From Pocillopora damicornis (taxonomy: Eukaryota): DNA of 64,000 bases. Of this stretch, positions 1 through 11,981 are shown piece by piece. The notes under the pieces are model-generated. The model ran no database searches and had not been told where the DNA came from. It was given only the letters and a program-made list of their open reading frames with translations. The stretch is from assembly GCF_003704095.1 (NCBI RefSeq), contig NW_020844403.1, forward strand, positions 1 to 64,000. Reading direction: 5' to 3'. Made by a program: the position numbers and the translations under genes. The stretch's first letter is position 1. Each line of letters opens with the position of its first letter.

Positions 1-435
1 TCGGTCTGTGATAACAAGTGATTACAAAATCGGACGACAGCGAAGTGGGAGTCCGATTTAGTAATCACGACTGGGATAAAAGACCGAATTGGACAACAGG
101 AAGTCCTATTACCAATTGATCATAACCATTACAATCTCCTTAAAAAAAACCAATTTATTTAGAAAAGGGCTTTCAAGATAAATTATTTTTTAAAAAATCT
201 TCCTTTTTAAGGAATTCCCCAGCTCTGTTAGAGTAAGTGGTTACTGCTATGGTCGTTGTTATCAGTTCTGCTGGTGGATTTAGCTAAGTGGACTTACTAT
301 GATTGGCTGCTTTAACAGTCAGATTAAAGCCAACTGTACGATTACTCTATCCAATTACAACTCTACACGATAGTTAGTGAAAAACTAGCAGGTAATGCAC
401 CAATCACATTTTAGAAAATTGTAATGGTTGATTAT
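1..435. repeat. Interspersed non-autonomous repeat fragment (cut by window start)
   Basis: Non-coding. Contains an inverted pair cataaccattacaat (121-135) / attgtaatggtt (418-429). Resembles common anthozoan interspersed repeats (from memory, not searched). Confidence 0.45.
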
Positions 436-2274
436 AAATGGAAATAGGTAGTGTGAAGTCCACAATTTGATGCTTTTGCTAAGTTTTTACATTGTTGGGT
501 CATTGTAGTATCTTGTTGTTGTCTTTATAATCCTTCTTGCGTTCTATTTTTCCGTTTTACTTAATCTCCTCACAATGTTGTGTTTCCCCATTTTTAGGTC
601 GTCATGAATTTAAAATGAGCGGTGGCAGATTTGTGAAGAGGACAGATTATCCAAACGCCAAATGGGAGTAAAGCAAAATCAGTGGAATCTGGCTTGAGGT
701 AGATCACGAAATCAACGCCCACATCGCACGCACAGAATGTTTTATATACATCACCATTTGCACTGATTCTGACAAAAAGGCACTCAAGCGTTAGGTGTAA
801 TCTAAGACAAATAAAGTTGACGATCAACTGTACTCTAGCCCCATTGTCTCTTTTGAAGGAAATCACCAAGACGATTAACTGACAAACTGAAAACATATCT
901 CCTACTCGCCATTACTGAATGGGCGTTATCGTGATATCGGGTAATTTTAAAGGGTAGCCGAAGACCAGGAACATGTGTCTGGGGAATGATCTTGGCTAAA
1001 AACAGTATGATCTTATTTTTGGTGAGGCAATCAAAGGAGTCTGACTCAAAATGGCCATGAAGAGGCAATGTTACTCTGTTTTAACTGGTAGAACTCAAAA
1101 TTTTTCGAAATCAAACTCAACTCAACTTAACCCAAAATCAACCCTCTGTTGTAATCAAACAAATGAACGTTGCTGAGACGAAACTGGTCGAAATACACTG
1201 TTTTGAAAATGCACGTGTGCTTTTCACCAAACAAAATAATGATTGTTTTTAAGTACTAGTTCTTCAAAGCACTCCTGTATATGAAGTGGTCCTTAGTAGA
1301 AGGCTGATCCATAGTTACCTCAAACAGAAAATATTTCTTTTGCGNNNNNNNNNNNNNNNNNNNNNNNNNNNNNNNNNNNNNNNNNNNNNNNNNNNNNNNN
1401 NNNNNNNNNNNNNNNNNNNNNNNNNNNNNNNNNNNNNNNNNNNNATAAAATCAAGAAGATTCCTCACCCAAAGAAGGCATAAACGTCTCATTCCAAGCCC
1501 CAGTTTGTTTTAGTGTCAACCTACTCGACCAAAGGATCAAACATGGGATCATTATCAATGACTGATAACAGACCCTTATGTAAAGCTTCCGTAAAACCTC
1601 CTTATTTAAATCATCTTTGTTACATAGCGACTATTTAGAGATACAATTGAAAACTCCTAGATATGAGGTATGAAGTGGGACCCCTGGATGTAAGGAAAGC
1701 ATTCACGATCAATATCGACATCTGCATGCAGATCCTCGGATGTAAGGTTTTTACTCGAACTAATTGTGGACCAAATGGGCTGAGAAATTTCCCACTGAAA
1801 TGACATCAAGAAGTTTTCCCGCCCAAAGAACAATAAATGTCCAACTTTTCGGACTGAAAGGCTGAAAGTTGTGCATAATTGTGGACCAAGTTTGTTGATA
1901 TATCTTGATCAATTTATTAGAATTAGCTCTAAAACAGCACCTCAACAATGATTATTTTTGAGACCATGAAGATGATTTCCAACAAACGAGACTATTTTGA
2001 CTTATGCTACATAATATTTAAACTCATTTTAACTAGATTTAATTAATAACTTTTTACTCAAGTTTTCAACGTGCGAAATATAGTTTACAAGGGTGGAGTC
2101 AGGTTTGCCAGCTATCAGTGTTGCAGACTATAACCCTGTGAGCATTTTTTGGGGGCAAAGACTAAGCATTACTTCACAATTTGAAACTGCAGCCACAACT
2201 GATCCATTGCTGATCCTTCTATCATAGTTGTTGACTTCTTAATCTTTTTCACTTATCAAACTTGTGAGTGAACC

Positions 2275-3288
2275 TTAATACTTTGCAACTTGGTTGGCAC
2301 TGGTGCATACAAGGCAGCATCTCAAGAGATTTTTAAGACCTTGGCGATAGTTTCCACAGAAAATAAAAGAGATGCAAGGGTTTATAGCACTGTTAAAATG
2401 AGCCAGACGGAAAGCAATAGCTGCGAAATATTTGAAGCCGCAAGATGCCGTCATAGTGCTGTCTGGAGCATAAAGGACAAGGAACCACCAGATTGTAGTG
2501 GGCAGCCAGCATACTATGAACGTTAACACGATGGCAATTGACATCTTCAGCACATTTTTCTGTCTGCGCGACTGTTGTTCTCTTCCGTTGGCCGATCCCT
2601 CGCCCGGAATATTCTGAGATTTTAGTTTAATAACGACGGTCATGTAAAGTATGGAAATCAAAACCATAGGAACATACCAGAATATTACAAGCATTGAAAC
2701 TTCGTAGCTTCGGTAACTCAGTGACTCTCCAAATACTTCATTACGCTTGTACACACATACCAGCCCTTCCTGATACTCAACAAGTTCGTAGGTCAAAGCG
2801 TCTGGGATATTAGCAGCAACCGCAATGATCCAAGTGGCGAGAATAAAGAACCGGCAATGCTTTGAACTGATCAGTGGAGAACGGAGAGGAAAAACTACAG
2901 CTCCAAATCGATCCACTGCTATAAGAACCAGACTTTGAATCGACAAGGAAGCAGAGACATCTATGAGGAAGTAATTTAGCTTACATAAAGCTTGTCCTAC
3001 AGGACCACCTAAAATATAGTAGCCGAAGTTCATCTCTGTTACAATGTATGGAAAACACACAATCGGAAACAACAGATCTGACATGGCCATGTTTAAAATG
3101 AAAAAGTTGATTGGTTTTCGCATGGATCTCGTCCTGTAGACTATAATTCCAATGAAAATGTTTCCGATCAGTGCCAGAACGAAAATCAGGCAGTAATAAA
3201 AGGAAATACCGATTCTTTTAGCTTCATGGTTGAAGCAGCTCGATCTTTGACTTCCATTCATTGTTGCAGTCCTGTTTGCCAACATCAT
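2275..3288 (-). CDS. Intronless class A (rhodopsin-like) GPCR, neuropeptide/RFamide-receptor-like, 337 aa
   Basis: Seven hydrophobic segments, GN in TM1, MAMSD in TM2, DRF, CWLP, NSAINP. First ATG at 3288 (ORF track starts at an upstream GTG). Confidence 0.92.
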   Translation of the reverse strand: MMLANRTATMNGSQRSSCFNHEAKRIGISFYYCLIFVLALIGNIFIGIIVYRTRSMRKPINFFILNMAMSDLLFPIVCFPYIVTEMNFGYYILGGPVGQALCKLNYFLIDVSASLSIQSLVLIAVDRFGAVVFPLRSPLISSKHCRFFILATWIIAVAANIPDALTYELVEYQEGLVCVYKRNEVFGESLSYRSYEVSMLVIFWYVPMVLISILYMTVVIKLKSQNIPGEGSANGREQQSRRQKNVLKMSIAIVLTFIVCWLPTTIWWFLVLYAPDSTMTASCGFKYFAAIAFRLAHFNSAINPCISFIFCGNYRQGLKNLLRCCLVCTSANQVAKY

Positions 3289-3664
3289 TGACACTGAAAA
3301 ACCAGTGTCCGCAGCCGGTAGTTCTCCGAGAACTAATTTTGGCTGCTATCAATGCACTTTCATTGTTTTTAAAAGAAAGCTGATTATAACCATTTTTAGC
3401 AAAATTGGTCAATGTAGAATCGCCATGAATAAAAACAATTGATACTCAAAACTTCCCTTCTGTTCTCTCCAGGCTCTCTCTTTTTGTAATTGGTTTTACT
3501 CATTGTGTCAGTACATTCGGTTTTCTTGATATGTTTAAGACTTTATGTATATTGCAGCCAATCATCCATCAGTCAAAGACTACACGCTATGCTGAGGACA
3601 GTTTGTTCTATATTTGAAAATCCCCAGCGAAGCAGAAGAGAACCAGTTGTTGTTCTTTATTGTC

Positions 3665-3856
3665 TTACCTTGGAAACAGAAAAATAGAATAAAACAGATC
3701 AGACGTAACCATGCTTACAATTAAAATGTTGATTAGCAATCTCAAATTTTTTGTCTTGTTGACAAATATTTCGACAAATACCAGCAAGAGAAAATTATGT
3801 TTCCGTGATATCTCTTGAAACCATACAATAAGAAAAAGTTTTCGCGATTCTTTCAT
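3665..3856 (-). pseudogene. Degenerate GPCR N-terminal relic (TM1-TM2)
   Basis: IFVNKTKNLRLLINILIVSMVTSDLFYSIFLFPR matches the ICL1/TM2 pattern of the intact paralogs. A mirror copy lies at ~4150-4345 (+). Confidence 0.7.
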
Positions 3857-4798
3857 CTTTAGGATTAACTGCGCAGCTTGAAATGAGCTGTGTTTCAGTC
3901 AACGCTGCAGTTAAGTTTCTATTATTCTTGTAACTGAGAGATCTGTTTTCTCTTCACCCAGCTGTTCTCTAACTCTGGAAATTTCGTTGAACTAAAATCA
4001 ATATAAAAAATTGATCATNNNNNNNNNNNNNNNNNNNNNNNNNNNNNNNNNNNNNNNNNNNNNNNNNNNNNNNNNNNNNNNNNNNNNNNNNNNNNNNNNN
4101 NNNNNNNNNNNNNNNNNNCAGCATTGGCTGAAACACAGCTCATTTCAAGCTGCGCAGTCAATCCTAAAGATGAAAGAGTCGCGAAAACTTTTTCTTATTG
4201 TCTGGTTTCAAGAGATATTATGGTAACATAATTTACTCTTCCTATTGTCAACAAGACAAAATATTTGAAAAAGTAAATCAACATTTTAATTGTAAACATG
4301 GTTACATTGTCTGAACTGTTTTATTCGATTTCCTCGTTTCCTAGGTAAGACAATTATGAGCAACAACTGGTTCTCTTCTGCTTCGCAGGGGATTCTCAAC
4401 TATAGAACAAATTGTCTTCAATAGAGCGTGTAGTCTTTGACTGATGGATGATTGGCTGCAATATACCTAAAGTCTTAAACACATCAAGAAAACCGAATGC
4501 ATTGACACAATGAGTAAAACCAATTACAAAAAGAGAGAGCCTGGAGAGAGAGAGACAATACCGTCTCAATACTTTCCGCAAACTAGACTGATGGACTGCC
4601 ACTGAACTTATCTCAGCTAGAACGAGAGGAAAGTTTTGAGTGTCAATTGTTTTTATTCATGGCGATTCTACATTGATCAATTTTGCTGAAAATGCTGATA
4701 ATCAGGTTACTTTGTTCAAACAAGGAAAGCGTATAGATAGTAGCCAAAGATTAGTTCTCGGAGAACTACCGGCTGCGGACACTGACTTCTCAGTGTCA

Positions 4799-5797
4799 AT
4801 GATGTCGGTAAACAGGACTGCAACAATGAATGGAACTCAAACTTCGAGCTGCTTCAACCATGAAGCTAAAAGAATCGGAATTTCCTTTTATTACTGCCTG
4901 ATTTTTGTTCTGGCACTGATGGGAAACATTTTCATTGGAATTATAGTCTACAGGACGAGATCCATGCGAAAACCAATCAACTTTTTAATTGTAAACATAG
5001 CCATGTCAGATCTGTTGTTTCCGATTCTCTGTTTTCCATACATTGTAGCAGAAATTAACTTCAGCTACTGGTTGTTAGGTGGTCCTGTAGGACAAGCTTT
5101 GTGTAAGCTACATGACTTCCTCGTATATGTCTCTGCTTCCGTGTCGACTCAGAGTCTGGTTCTTATAGCAGTGGATCGATTTGGAGCTGTAGTTTTTCCT
5201 CTCCATTCTCCACTGATCAGTTCAAAGCAGTGCCGGTTCTTTATTCTCACCACTTGGATCATTGCGGTTGCTGCTTATATCCCAAAGGCGATGGCCTTCC
5301 AACTTGTTGAGTATCAGGAAGGGCTGGTATGTGTGCCCAAGTGGAATGAAGTATTTGGAGAGTCACTGAGTCACCGAAACTACGTATTTTCAATGCTTGT
5401 AATATTCTGGTATGTCCCTTTGGTTTTGATTGCCATACTTTACATGACCGTTGTTATTAAACTAAAATCTCAGAATATTCCGGGCGAGGGATCGGCCAAC
5501 GGAAGAGAACAACAGTCGCGCAGACAGAAAAATGTGCTGAAGATGTCAATTGCCATCGTGGTAACGTTCATAATATGCTGGCTGCCCGGTACTATCCGGT
5601 GGTTCCTTGTCTCCTACCAACCAGACAGCACTATGACGGCATCTTGCGGCTTTCAATATTTCGCACTTATTGCCTCCTGTCTGGCTCATTTTAACAGTGC
5701 TATAAACCCTTGCATCTCTTTTATTTTCAGTGGAAACTATCACCAAGGTCTTAAAAATCTCTCGAGGTGCTGCTTTGTATGCATTGTATTTAAGTGA
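4799..5797 (+). CDS. Intronless class A GPCR, paralog of 2275-3288, 332 aa
   Basis: Same 7TM motifs (DRF, CWLP, NSAINP). ATG at 4799 by alignment with the paralog; the ORF-track N-terminal extension starts at GTG. Confidence 0.92.
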   Translation: MMSVNRTATMNGTQTSSCFNHEAKRIGISFYYCLIFVLALMGNIFIGIIVYRTRSMRKPINFLIVNIAMSDLLFPILCFPYIVAEINFSYWLLGGPVGQALCKLHDFLVYVSASVSTQSLVLIAVDRFGAVVFPLHSPLISSKQCRFFILTTWIIAVAAYIPKAMAFQLVEYQEGLVCVPKWNEVFGESLSHRNYVFSMLVIFWYVPLVLIAILYMTVVIKLKSQNIPGEGSANGREQQSRRQKNVLKMSIAIVVTFIICWLPGTIRWFLVSYQPDSTMTASCGFQYFALIASCLAHFNSAINPCISFIFSGNYHQGLKNLSRCCFVCIVFK

Positions 5798-8282
5798 AAA
5801 AGATTAAGAAGTCAATAACCACAATAGAAGGATCGGCAATGGATCATTTGTGGCCCCAGTTTAAAATTTTGAAGTAATGCTTAGTCTACGCCCCCCAAAA
5901 ATGCTCACAGGTTTAAAGTGTGTAACATTGAAAGCAGGTAAACCAGAATCCAATCTTGTAAACTACATTTGGCACGTTGAAAATTTGAGTAAAAAGTTAT
6001 TAATTAGATCTAGTTAAAATGAGTTTAAATATTATGTGGCATAGAAATATAGATAGAAAATAAAGTCTTGTTTGTTGGAAATCATCTTCATGGTCTCAAA
6101 AATATTCTTTTGAAGTGCTGTTTAAGAGATAATTCTAATAAATTGATAAAGAGTTCTCAACAAATTTGCTCCATAATTATGCACAACTTTCAGTCTTTCG
6201 GTTCGAGAAGTTGGACATTTATTTGTTGTTTGGGTGGGAAAACTTCTTGATGTCATTTCAGTGGGAAATTTCTCAGCCCATTTGGTCCACAATTAGTTCG
6301 AGTAAAAACCTTACATCCGAGGATCTGCGTGCAGATGTCGATATTGATCGTGAATGCTTTCCTTACATCCAGGGGTCCAAAATTCGCTCCTCATACCTAG
6401 GAGTTTTCAATTGTATCTCTAAATAGTCGCTGTGTAACAAAGACGATTTAAATAAGGAGGTTTTCATTGAAATTTTACGATGTTTTATATATGTTATCAA
6501 CTTAACTCATTGAGCATGTTTAGGGATAACATAGAATATTACTTCGCGAGTAGGTTAGCTGTATATTCCCTTACTAATGATGTTTTGACCCTAATTTCAT
6601 AAAAAAGAGTGATTTTAACATGTTGTTTCACCAAAAACTTTTTAAATGTCTTGTGGTTTTCAAAAAATGGGGGTTGAACGAAATCTGGAAATGAATTGTC
6701 CTCCTGTAAGCAATCATAAAGAACGGCTAGTACAATATTATCGAAGTATGGTTAAAGTCAAAGACATTCATTGTAAAAAGAGGTTACAATGGACTCAAAG
6801 GCACAAATGCAATTAAGCAGGCTGTCCTTTTTTAATAATTTAAATCAACCTCTAAAGAAATTGCACTTTAGACAAAATAGCCTCTCAATCCACCTGAATT
6901 AATTAACAATATATTCCAACAGGCGAGGAACATATCTTTTCCTTCCATTATCTCCAACCAGTGAGTAATCTTGTAATAACTAGAAATTTTGAATACAAAT
7001 GCGAATCAAATCTTAGGAATCTTAAGGAACGAAGGAACATTGGAGGAAATTAGGATATCTAGAAACAAAGCAGATAAAAAAGAACCACTCTTGACGTCGG
7101 CGTATGAAAACAGTTGCCGGCTTTCATTTGCATGTAAAAGTTCGCATTTGCTACAGAGAATATAGTTAACTAAAGGGGGTTACTTAAGAGCAGGAAAAAA
7201 GAACCTTTAATAGAATTTTATACGCGAATGGTGCGTCGTCATCACCTCGATCTATTTAATCATTTTGGAATTCTAACGCATCATGTTGTAATCTTGCCAT
7301 AAACATAAACCATAAACTTAAACGTGCAGCCATGTCCTTTGGAGAACACGATGAAAATTTGAAGCACTCTCACGTGCAAGTAATTGCATGTTATCACTCA
7401 GTATCTAATCGCGATCAGTATTTAGATTTTGTATCTTTAGTCTCTGGACAGCTCAAAGTTTGTCCTCTTTTATCTACATTCTGGGGTAGATTTCCAGCTT
7501 GTAAACATCTTTTCACATTCAACGCATTTGCTAATGAGTTTTGCATCTATATTCCCTTCATTTGAAATCTCTTTTTGTTAACTTGTTATGAATTTTATTG
7601 TAGTATAGTCTTAACAACGACAGTTGAACCAAATACAGAGAGTAATAAAAAAAACGAAAACGAAAAGGCAAAACAAAAACCAAAGAAAGACAAAAACGAC
7701 ATCAAAGAAAAAAGTCAAAGTGAGCTTTGAGGAAAGGAAAAAAAAGCCGTTGATCCGCCTCTTGAACAAACAGCAGTTCATGGGCACGTTGCATAAACGA
7801 TTGATCATACACGTATGCGATTGCAAGACATCGTTCATGGGGAAACTCAAAAGCGCGAAAATTTACGAAGATTATCGAAGGAGTGAAAACCGTTTCAAAA
7901 GCATGGAACAATACCAAAAATGAAGTTTGTTCTTCGGACATTTTGAGATTAGCTTCAGCTTTTGTATGTGATCACACCGTTTAAGTAATTAAAGGACGTT
8001 TTCTTGTTCAGGTTTCACATTTGACGGAATGAAAACGTCTTGAGTGAAAAAACCACCTTACCACGCAACATGCGTCTGGAAGCTTTGTCGTATTTCAGGG
8101 CCAAAGAAGGGAAACTTGCCCCCTTTCTAATTGAAATCAAGACTTTTTTCACCCAAGGAACTCATAAATGTCCAATTCCAAGCCCTAGTTTCATAATGTA
8201 GTGTGTGAACCCCTTGGACCCCAAGAATTAAAAATTGAAATTTGTACCCAATTTTGAGCCCAATGACCTGAGAATTTATTTC

Positions 8283-8939
8283 TTAAAATAAGCTTTTGGC
8301 AATCAAAACCATAGGGGCAAGCCAGAAAACTACAAGCATTGGTACTGCGTAGTTTGGGAAAGACGAGGAATCCCCAAATGCGTCGTTCCATTTGTGCTCA
8401 CATGACAGCCCTTCTTGATTCTCAACAAGTTTAAAGCTCAGCAGGTGTGGGATATGAACAGCGGCACCAATGATCCAAGTGGCGAGTATGAAGAGCCAGC
8501 ACTGCTTTGAACTGATGAGTGAGGAACGGAGGGGAAAAAATACTGCTCCAAATCGATCCACTGCAATTAAAACCAGGCTCTGAATCGACACAAGACAAGA
8601 AGTATCTGGCAAAAAGAATACTAGTTTACACAAGGCTTGTCCAAGGGGACCACTCGTCAACCAGCCGAAGTTAATCTTCGTTACAAAGTACGGAAAATGG
8701 AAAATCGGTAATATCAGATCTGACATGGCCATGTTTGCGATGAAAAAGTTGCTTGGGTTTTGCATGGATTTCGTCCTGTAGACAATAATTCCGATGATGA
8801 TATTTCCGATCAGTGATACAACGAAAATCAGGCAATGATAGAAGGTCAGTCCAATTCTTGTTACTTCATGCATACGGTTGAAGAAGCTTAATGCTTGTGT
8901 TCCATTCATTTGAGCAGTCAAGTTTGCCGACATCCTCAT
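8283..8939 (-). pseudogene. Class A GPCR truncated after TM5 (218 aa)
   Basis: TM1-TM5 intact with DRF, then similarity ends at LIAKSLF*. No TM6/TM7 seen downstream. Confidence 0.8.
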
Positions 8940-10298
8940 CTGACTGAAACTGAAGTCAGTGTCTACAGCTGGTAGTGTTCTACTTTTGGCGGCTGTTCTT
9001 AAACTTTCATTTCATAAAACAAACCTGATTATTAACATTTTTAATACAATTTCTCGAGGCAGAATCGTTATGAGTAAATTGTGATTGACACTCAAAGCTT
9101 CCTCTTGTCATAGCTGAGATAAGTTCAGTTTTAGTTTATTCTCGTTTGAGCGAACTATTTAGTTCCATTCTATTTCCTTCACTCAAACGCAAATCCATCA
9201 GTCGTTTTAAGTCATAAAATTCTCCTAAAATGTAAATAAGTCAATAAACTTACTCATTTTATTGCTCCCAGCAAAAGTCTTTTGTCCCTATCTTAACATA
9301 AGAAAACATCTGGTTTTTTTTAAAGAATGACATGTTGTTTCTCTGTTAAGCCTCGAACATTCTGAAAAACTATTTTTCACAGTGCTTTTGAAGACGTTTT
9401 ATGTAGCTATTTAAGTTAATCAAAAATCGGGGAAAATCTGTTATCGAGCTGTTGTTACGGTCGCTCTTTTTTCTTGGAAATAACCAATACATGCATAAAC
9501 ATTTCAAACAAAATAACGTGCCAAGTAGAATGAGAATAATCATTTTCAAATATTTTTTTTTTCAACAACAACTAAGAATCAACGATATGAACTAACGAAC
9601 TCAAATACAACACATCATTCGTTTTTTTGTTGGTCGCAAAACATGTGCAACAATCGTATCTACTCGTGATCCGCGAAATCTCATGTTAATTCTAAAAGTC
9701 TTCGAGCAGCTAGTTATCTCTTCAAATGTCTTCCATCTATATTCTGGTTGGCCTTCTGGAGTAGATTTACAGCTTATAAACATCTTTTTTCATTTCATAC
9801 ATCTACTGTTGCGTTTCTCATCGAAAGTTTCTTCATAGGACATCTATTTTCGTTGATTTCTCTTTCATAAATTTTATTGTGGTATAATATAATAAGCCTC
9901 TCGAACGAACCATTTCATTGGCACCGTGCATAAATGTTCAAAATGTATGCCGTCTGTTCGGCCTCGTTCGGCGCTCAGCAAATCTTCGAATATGTCTTTC
10001 AGCAAGGAGAGGAGGATTCTAGAAGAAGGGAGATTCTAGGAGGATCGCATGTCGTCGCCAATAGTGTATGAAGTGGAGACTATGGAAAATTGACTACCAA
10101 TGAGGGGAATCATAAGATTACTGAGCCTTATGGGGGGCTTATGGGGGGATAAGGAAAATTTTATCGAGACACAAACAAAATTCTCCGAACCCCTCCCCGC
10201 TCCTCCGTAAAGTAATGCAACAATAAGGGTAGGGTGGGTAAGACTAAACAATGGATCAGAGATAGCTTAAGTAAGCTGGTACTAAAGTTCCCACTTTG

Positions 10299-10506
10299 TA
10301 ATCCTTTACACCCTAACATCAGTATGCATATTCTCCTTACTATTCTTCATCCATTTCCCGAGGTTTTCACTGGGAGAATTTGTTTAACAATCAAGAACTT
10401 TAGTTGGTGATTATTTTCTTCATTCTCGTGACCTTAATAAGTGGCTCTAGGGTGATATTGTAAGGAGAAATTAGATGCGTGTCACTCTTACTGGTCAAGG
10501 AGTTAA
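10299..10506. mobile_element. ~210 bp MITE, TTAACCC...GGGTTAA family (degenerate copy)
   Basis: Internal sequence matches the copies at 32842, 34088 and 37335. Confidence 0.7.
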
Positions 10507-10988
10507 GAAAGAACTGTTTTCCTTTCTTTCCTTTTCAATCTTTATTTCCTTTCTAAAGACAATAATGGAATATCAATAACAAGACTTGCAACTTAAAGGG
10601 AAGATGACCCTATGCACTGTACATATGCTAGTCTTATTTTCAAGTATTTTTGCAATAGTCACAGAACTACCATGATACCGAATTTCTACTTGTTTCTCTT
10701 TAAATGAGACTCCCGTGGCTGAGTAACGAAATCATGGTGTATATTGAAGAAATTCTACCGCCTAACTGGTCAAGAGTCATTATCGATAAGGTACCAACAA
10801 TTTAAATGACGTCATAAAACGATATACTTTCGAGAGTACTTAATATAAATGTATTGAATCAGTTGTGGCTATAATTTCTTAAATGAAATTTTCGTTTCCC
10901 ATGGTAACTTTTTGTAAGTTGCAAATTAAAAAGCTCTGCAAATAAATCTTCAGTGTCTCGGAGAAACACGGAAACAGTCGGGTCACGA

Positions 10989-11981
10989 TTACACCACAGC
11001 TTTATAAGCCCTGGGAGAAGCTGAATAACAGCTGAGAAGATTTGTTAGGGCCTGACGATAATTTGCATTGGAAATAAAACAGATACAAGGGTTTATGGCG
11101 CAGTTTGATATTGCTAAAAAATAGGCAATACGTTGGAAATATTGGAAACTGCAAGACAATTTGACGCCATGTAGGCGCCAAATGACAGAAAAAGGCAGCC
11201 AACAGATTGCGAAAACAAACACTATTACAATAAACATTCTCAGAGCATTTCGATGTCTCCTCAAACCTTGTCTCCTTGCGTTGAAAGAATAGTCCCTCGG
11301 AACCTTCCGAGATTTGATTCTTAATGCAATTAAAAAGTAAAGTACAGCAATGAGGATTAGAGGAATGAATAAAAATACTATGTGTTTCGCGAGGATGTAA
11401 TCTTGGTAGGAAAAGGACTCTCCAAATGCATCGTTCCACTGCAGGTAACACTGCAGCCCTCCTTGATACTCGACGACTTTTAAGGCGAACAGATTTGGGC
11501 ATTGAACAGCTACAGCGATGATCCAAGTGGCAAGAATATAGAACCGGCACTTCTTTGAGCTGATGAGTGGGGCACGGAGGGGAACAACCACACCTCCAAA
11601 TCGATCCACTGCAATCAGTACCAGGCTTTGAATTGACACTACCGCGGAGGCATCCACTGAGAAGTGAACCAACTTACACAAAGACTGACCGAAAGGACCA
11701 TCTCCCCCTTTCCATGATTCGGTGTATAATCCTACCAACTTCATCGGAAACAGGAAAATCGGAATGAGCAGATCTGACACGGCCATGTTTGCGATAAAGA
11801 AGTTGACGGGCTTTCTCAGGGATTTCGTCCTGTAGATAATTACTCCGATCAAGGTATTTCCAACCAGCGAAACTACAAAAAGCAGACAAAAAGCAAAAGT
11901 CTTTCCTTTTTTAACAACTGAAGGATCGAGGCAGTTCGTTGCTTGCGTTCCATTCATCGTGGTGGTCACGTTAGCCAACAT
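10989..11981 (-). CDS. Intronless class A GPCR, 330 aa
   Basis: 7TM, MAVSD, DRF, CWLP, NCAINP. Confidence 0.92.
   Translation of the reverse strand: MLANVTTTMNGTQATNCLDPSVVKKGKTFAFCLLFVVSLVGNTLIGVIIYRTKSLRKPVNFFIANMAVSDLLIPIFLFPMKLVGLYTESWKGGDGPFGQSLCKLVHFSVDASAVVSIQSLVLIAVDRFGGVVVPLRAPLISSKKCRFYILATWIIAVAVQCPNLFALKVVEYQGGLQCYLQWNDAFGESFSYQDYILAKHIVFLFIPLILIAVLYFLIALRIKSRKVPRDYSFNARRQGLRRHRNALRMFIVIVFVFAICWLPFSVIWRLHGVKLSCSFQYFQRIAYFLAISNCAINPCICFISNANYRQALTNLLSCYSASPRAYKAVV

Larger units (their letters stand above)
1593..6464. repeat. Inverted segmental duplication (arms ~1593-3909 and ~4119-6464) around an N-gap, each arm carrying a GPCR gene
   Basis: The arms are reverse complements over coding and non-coding sequence, e.g. 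aaaacctccttatttaaatc at 1593 vs gatttaaataaggaggtttt ending 6464. Confidence 0.9.

Noticed and set aside
4640-4798. 53-aa N-terminal extension of the GPCR
   Set aside because: GTG start, and the frame is not open in the paralogous arm. An AG just before the ATG suggests UTR or intron sequence.
7611-7941. Lys-rich / Phe-rich overlapping ORFs
   Set aside because: Produced by A-rich low-complexity sequence. No splice or homology support.
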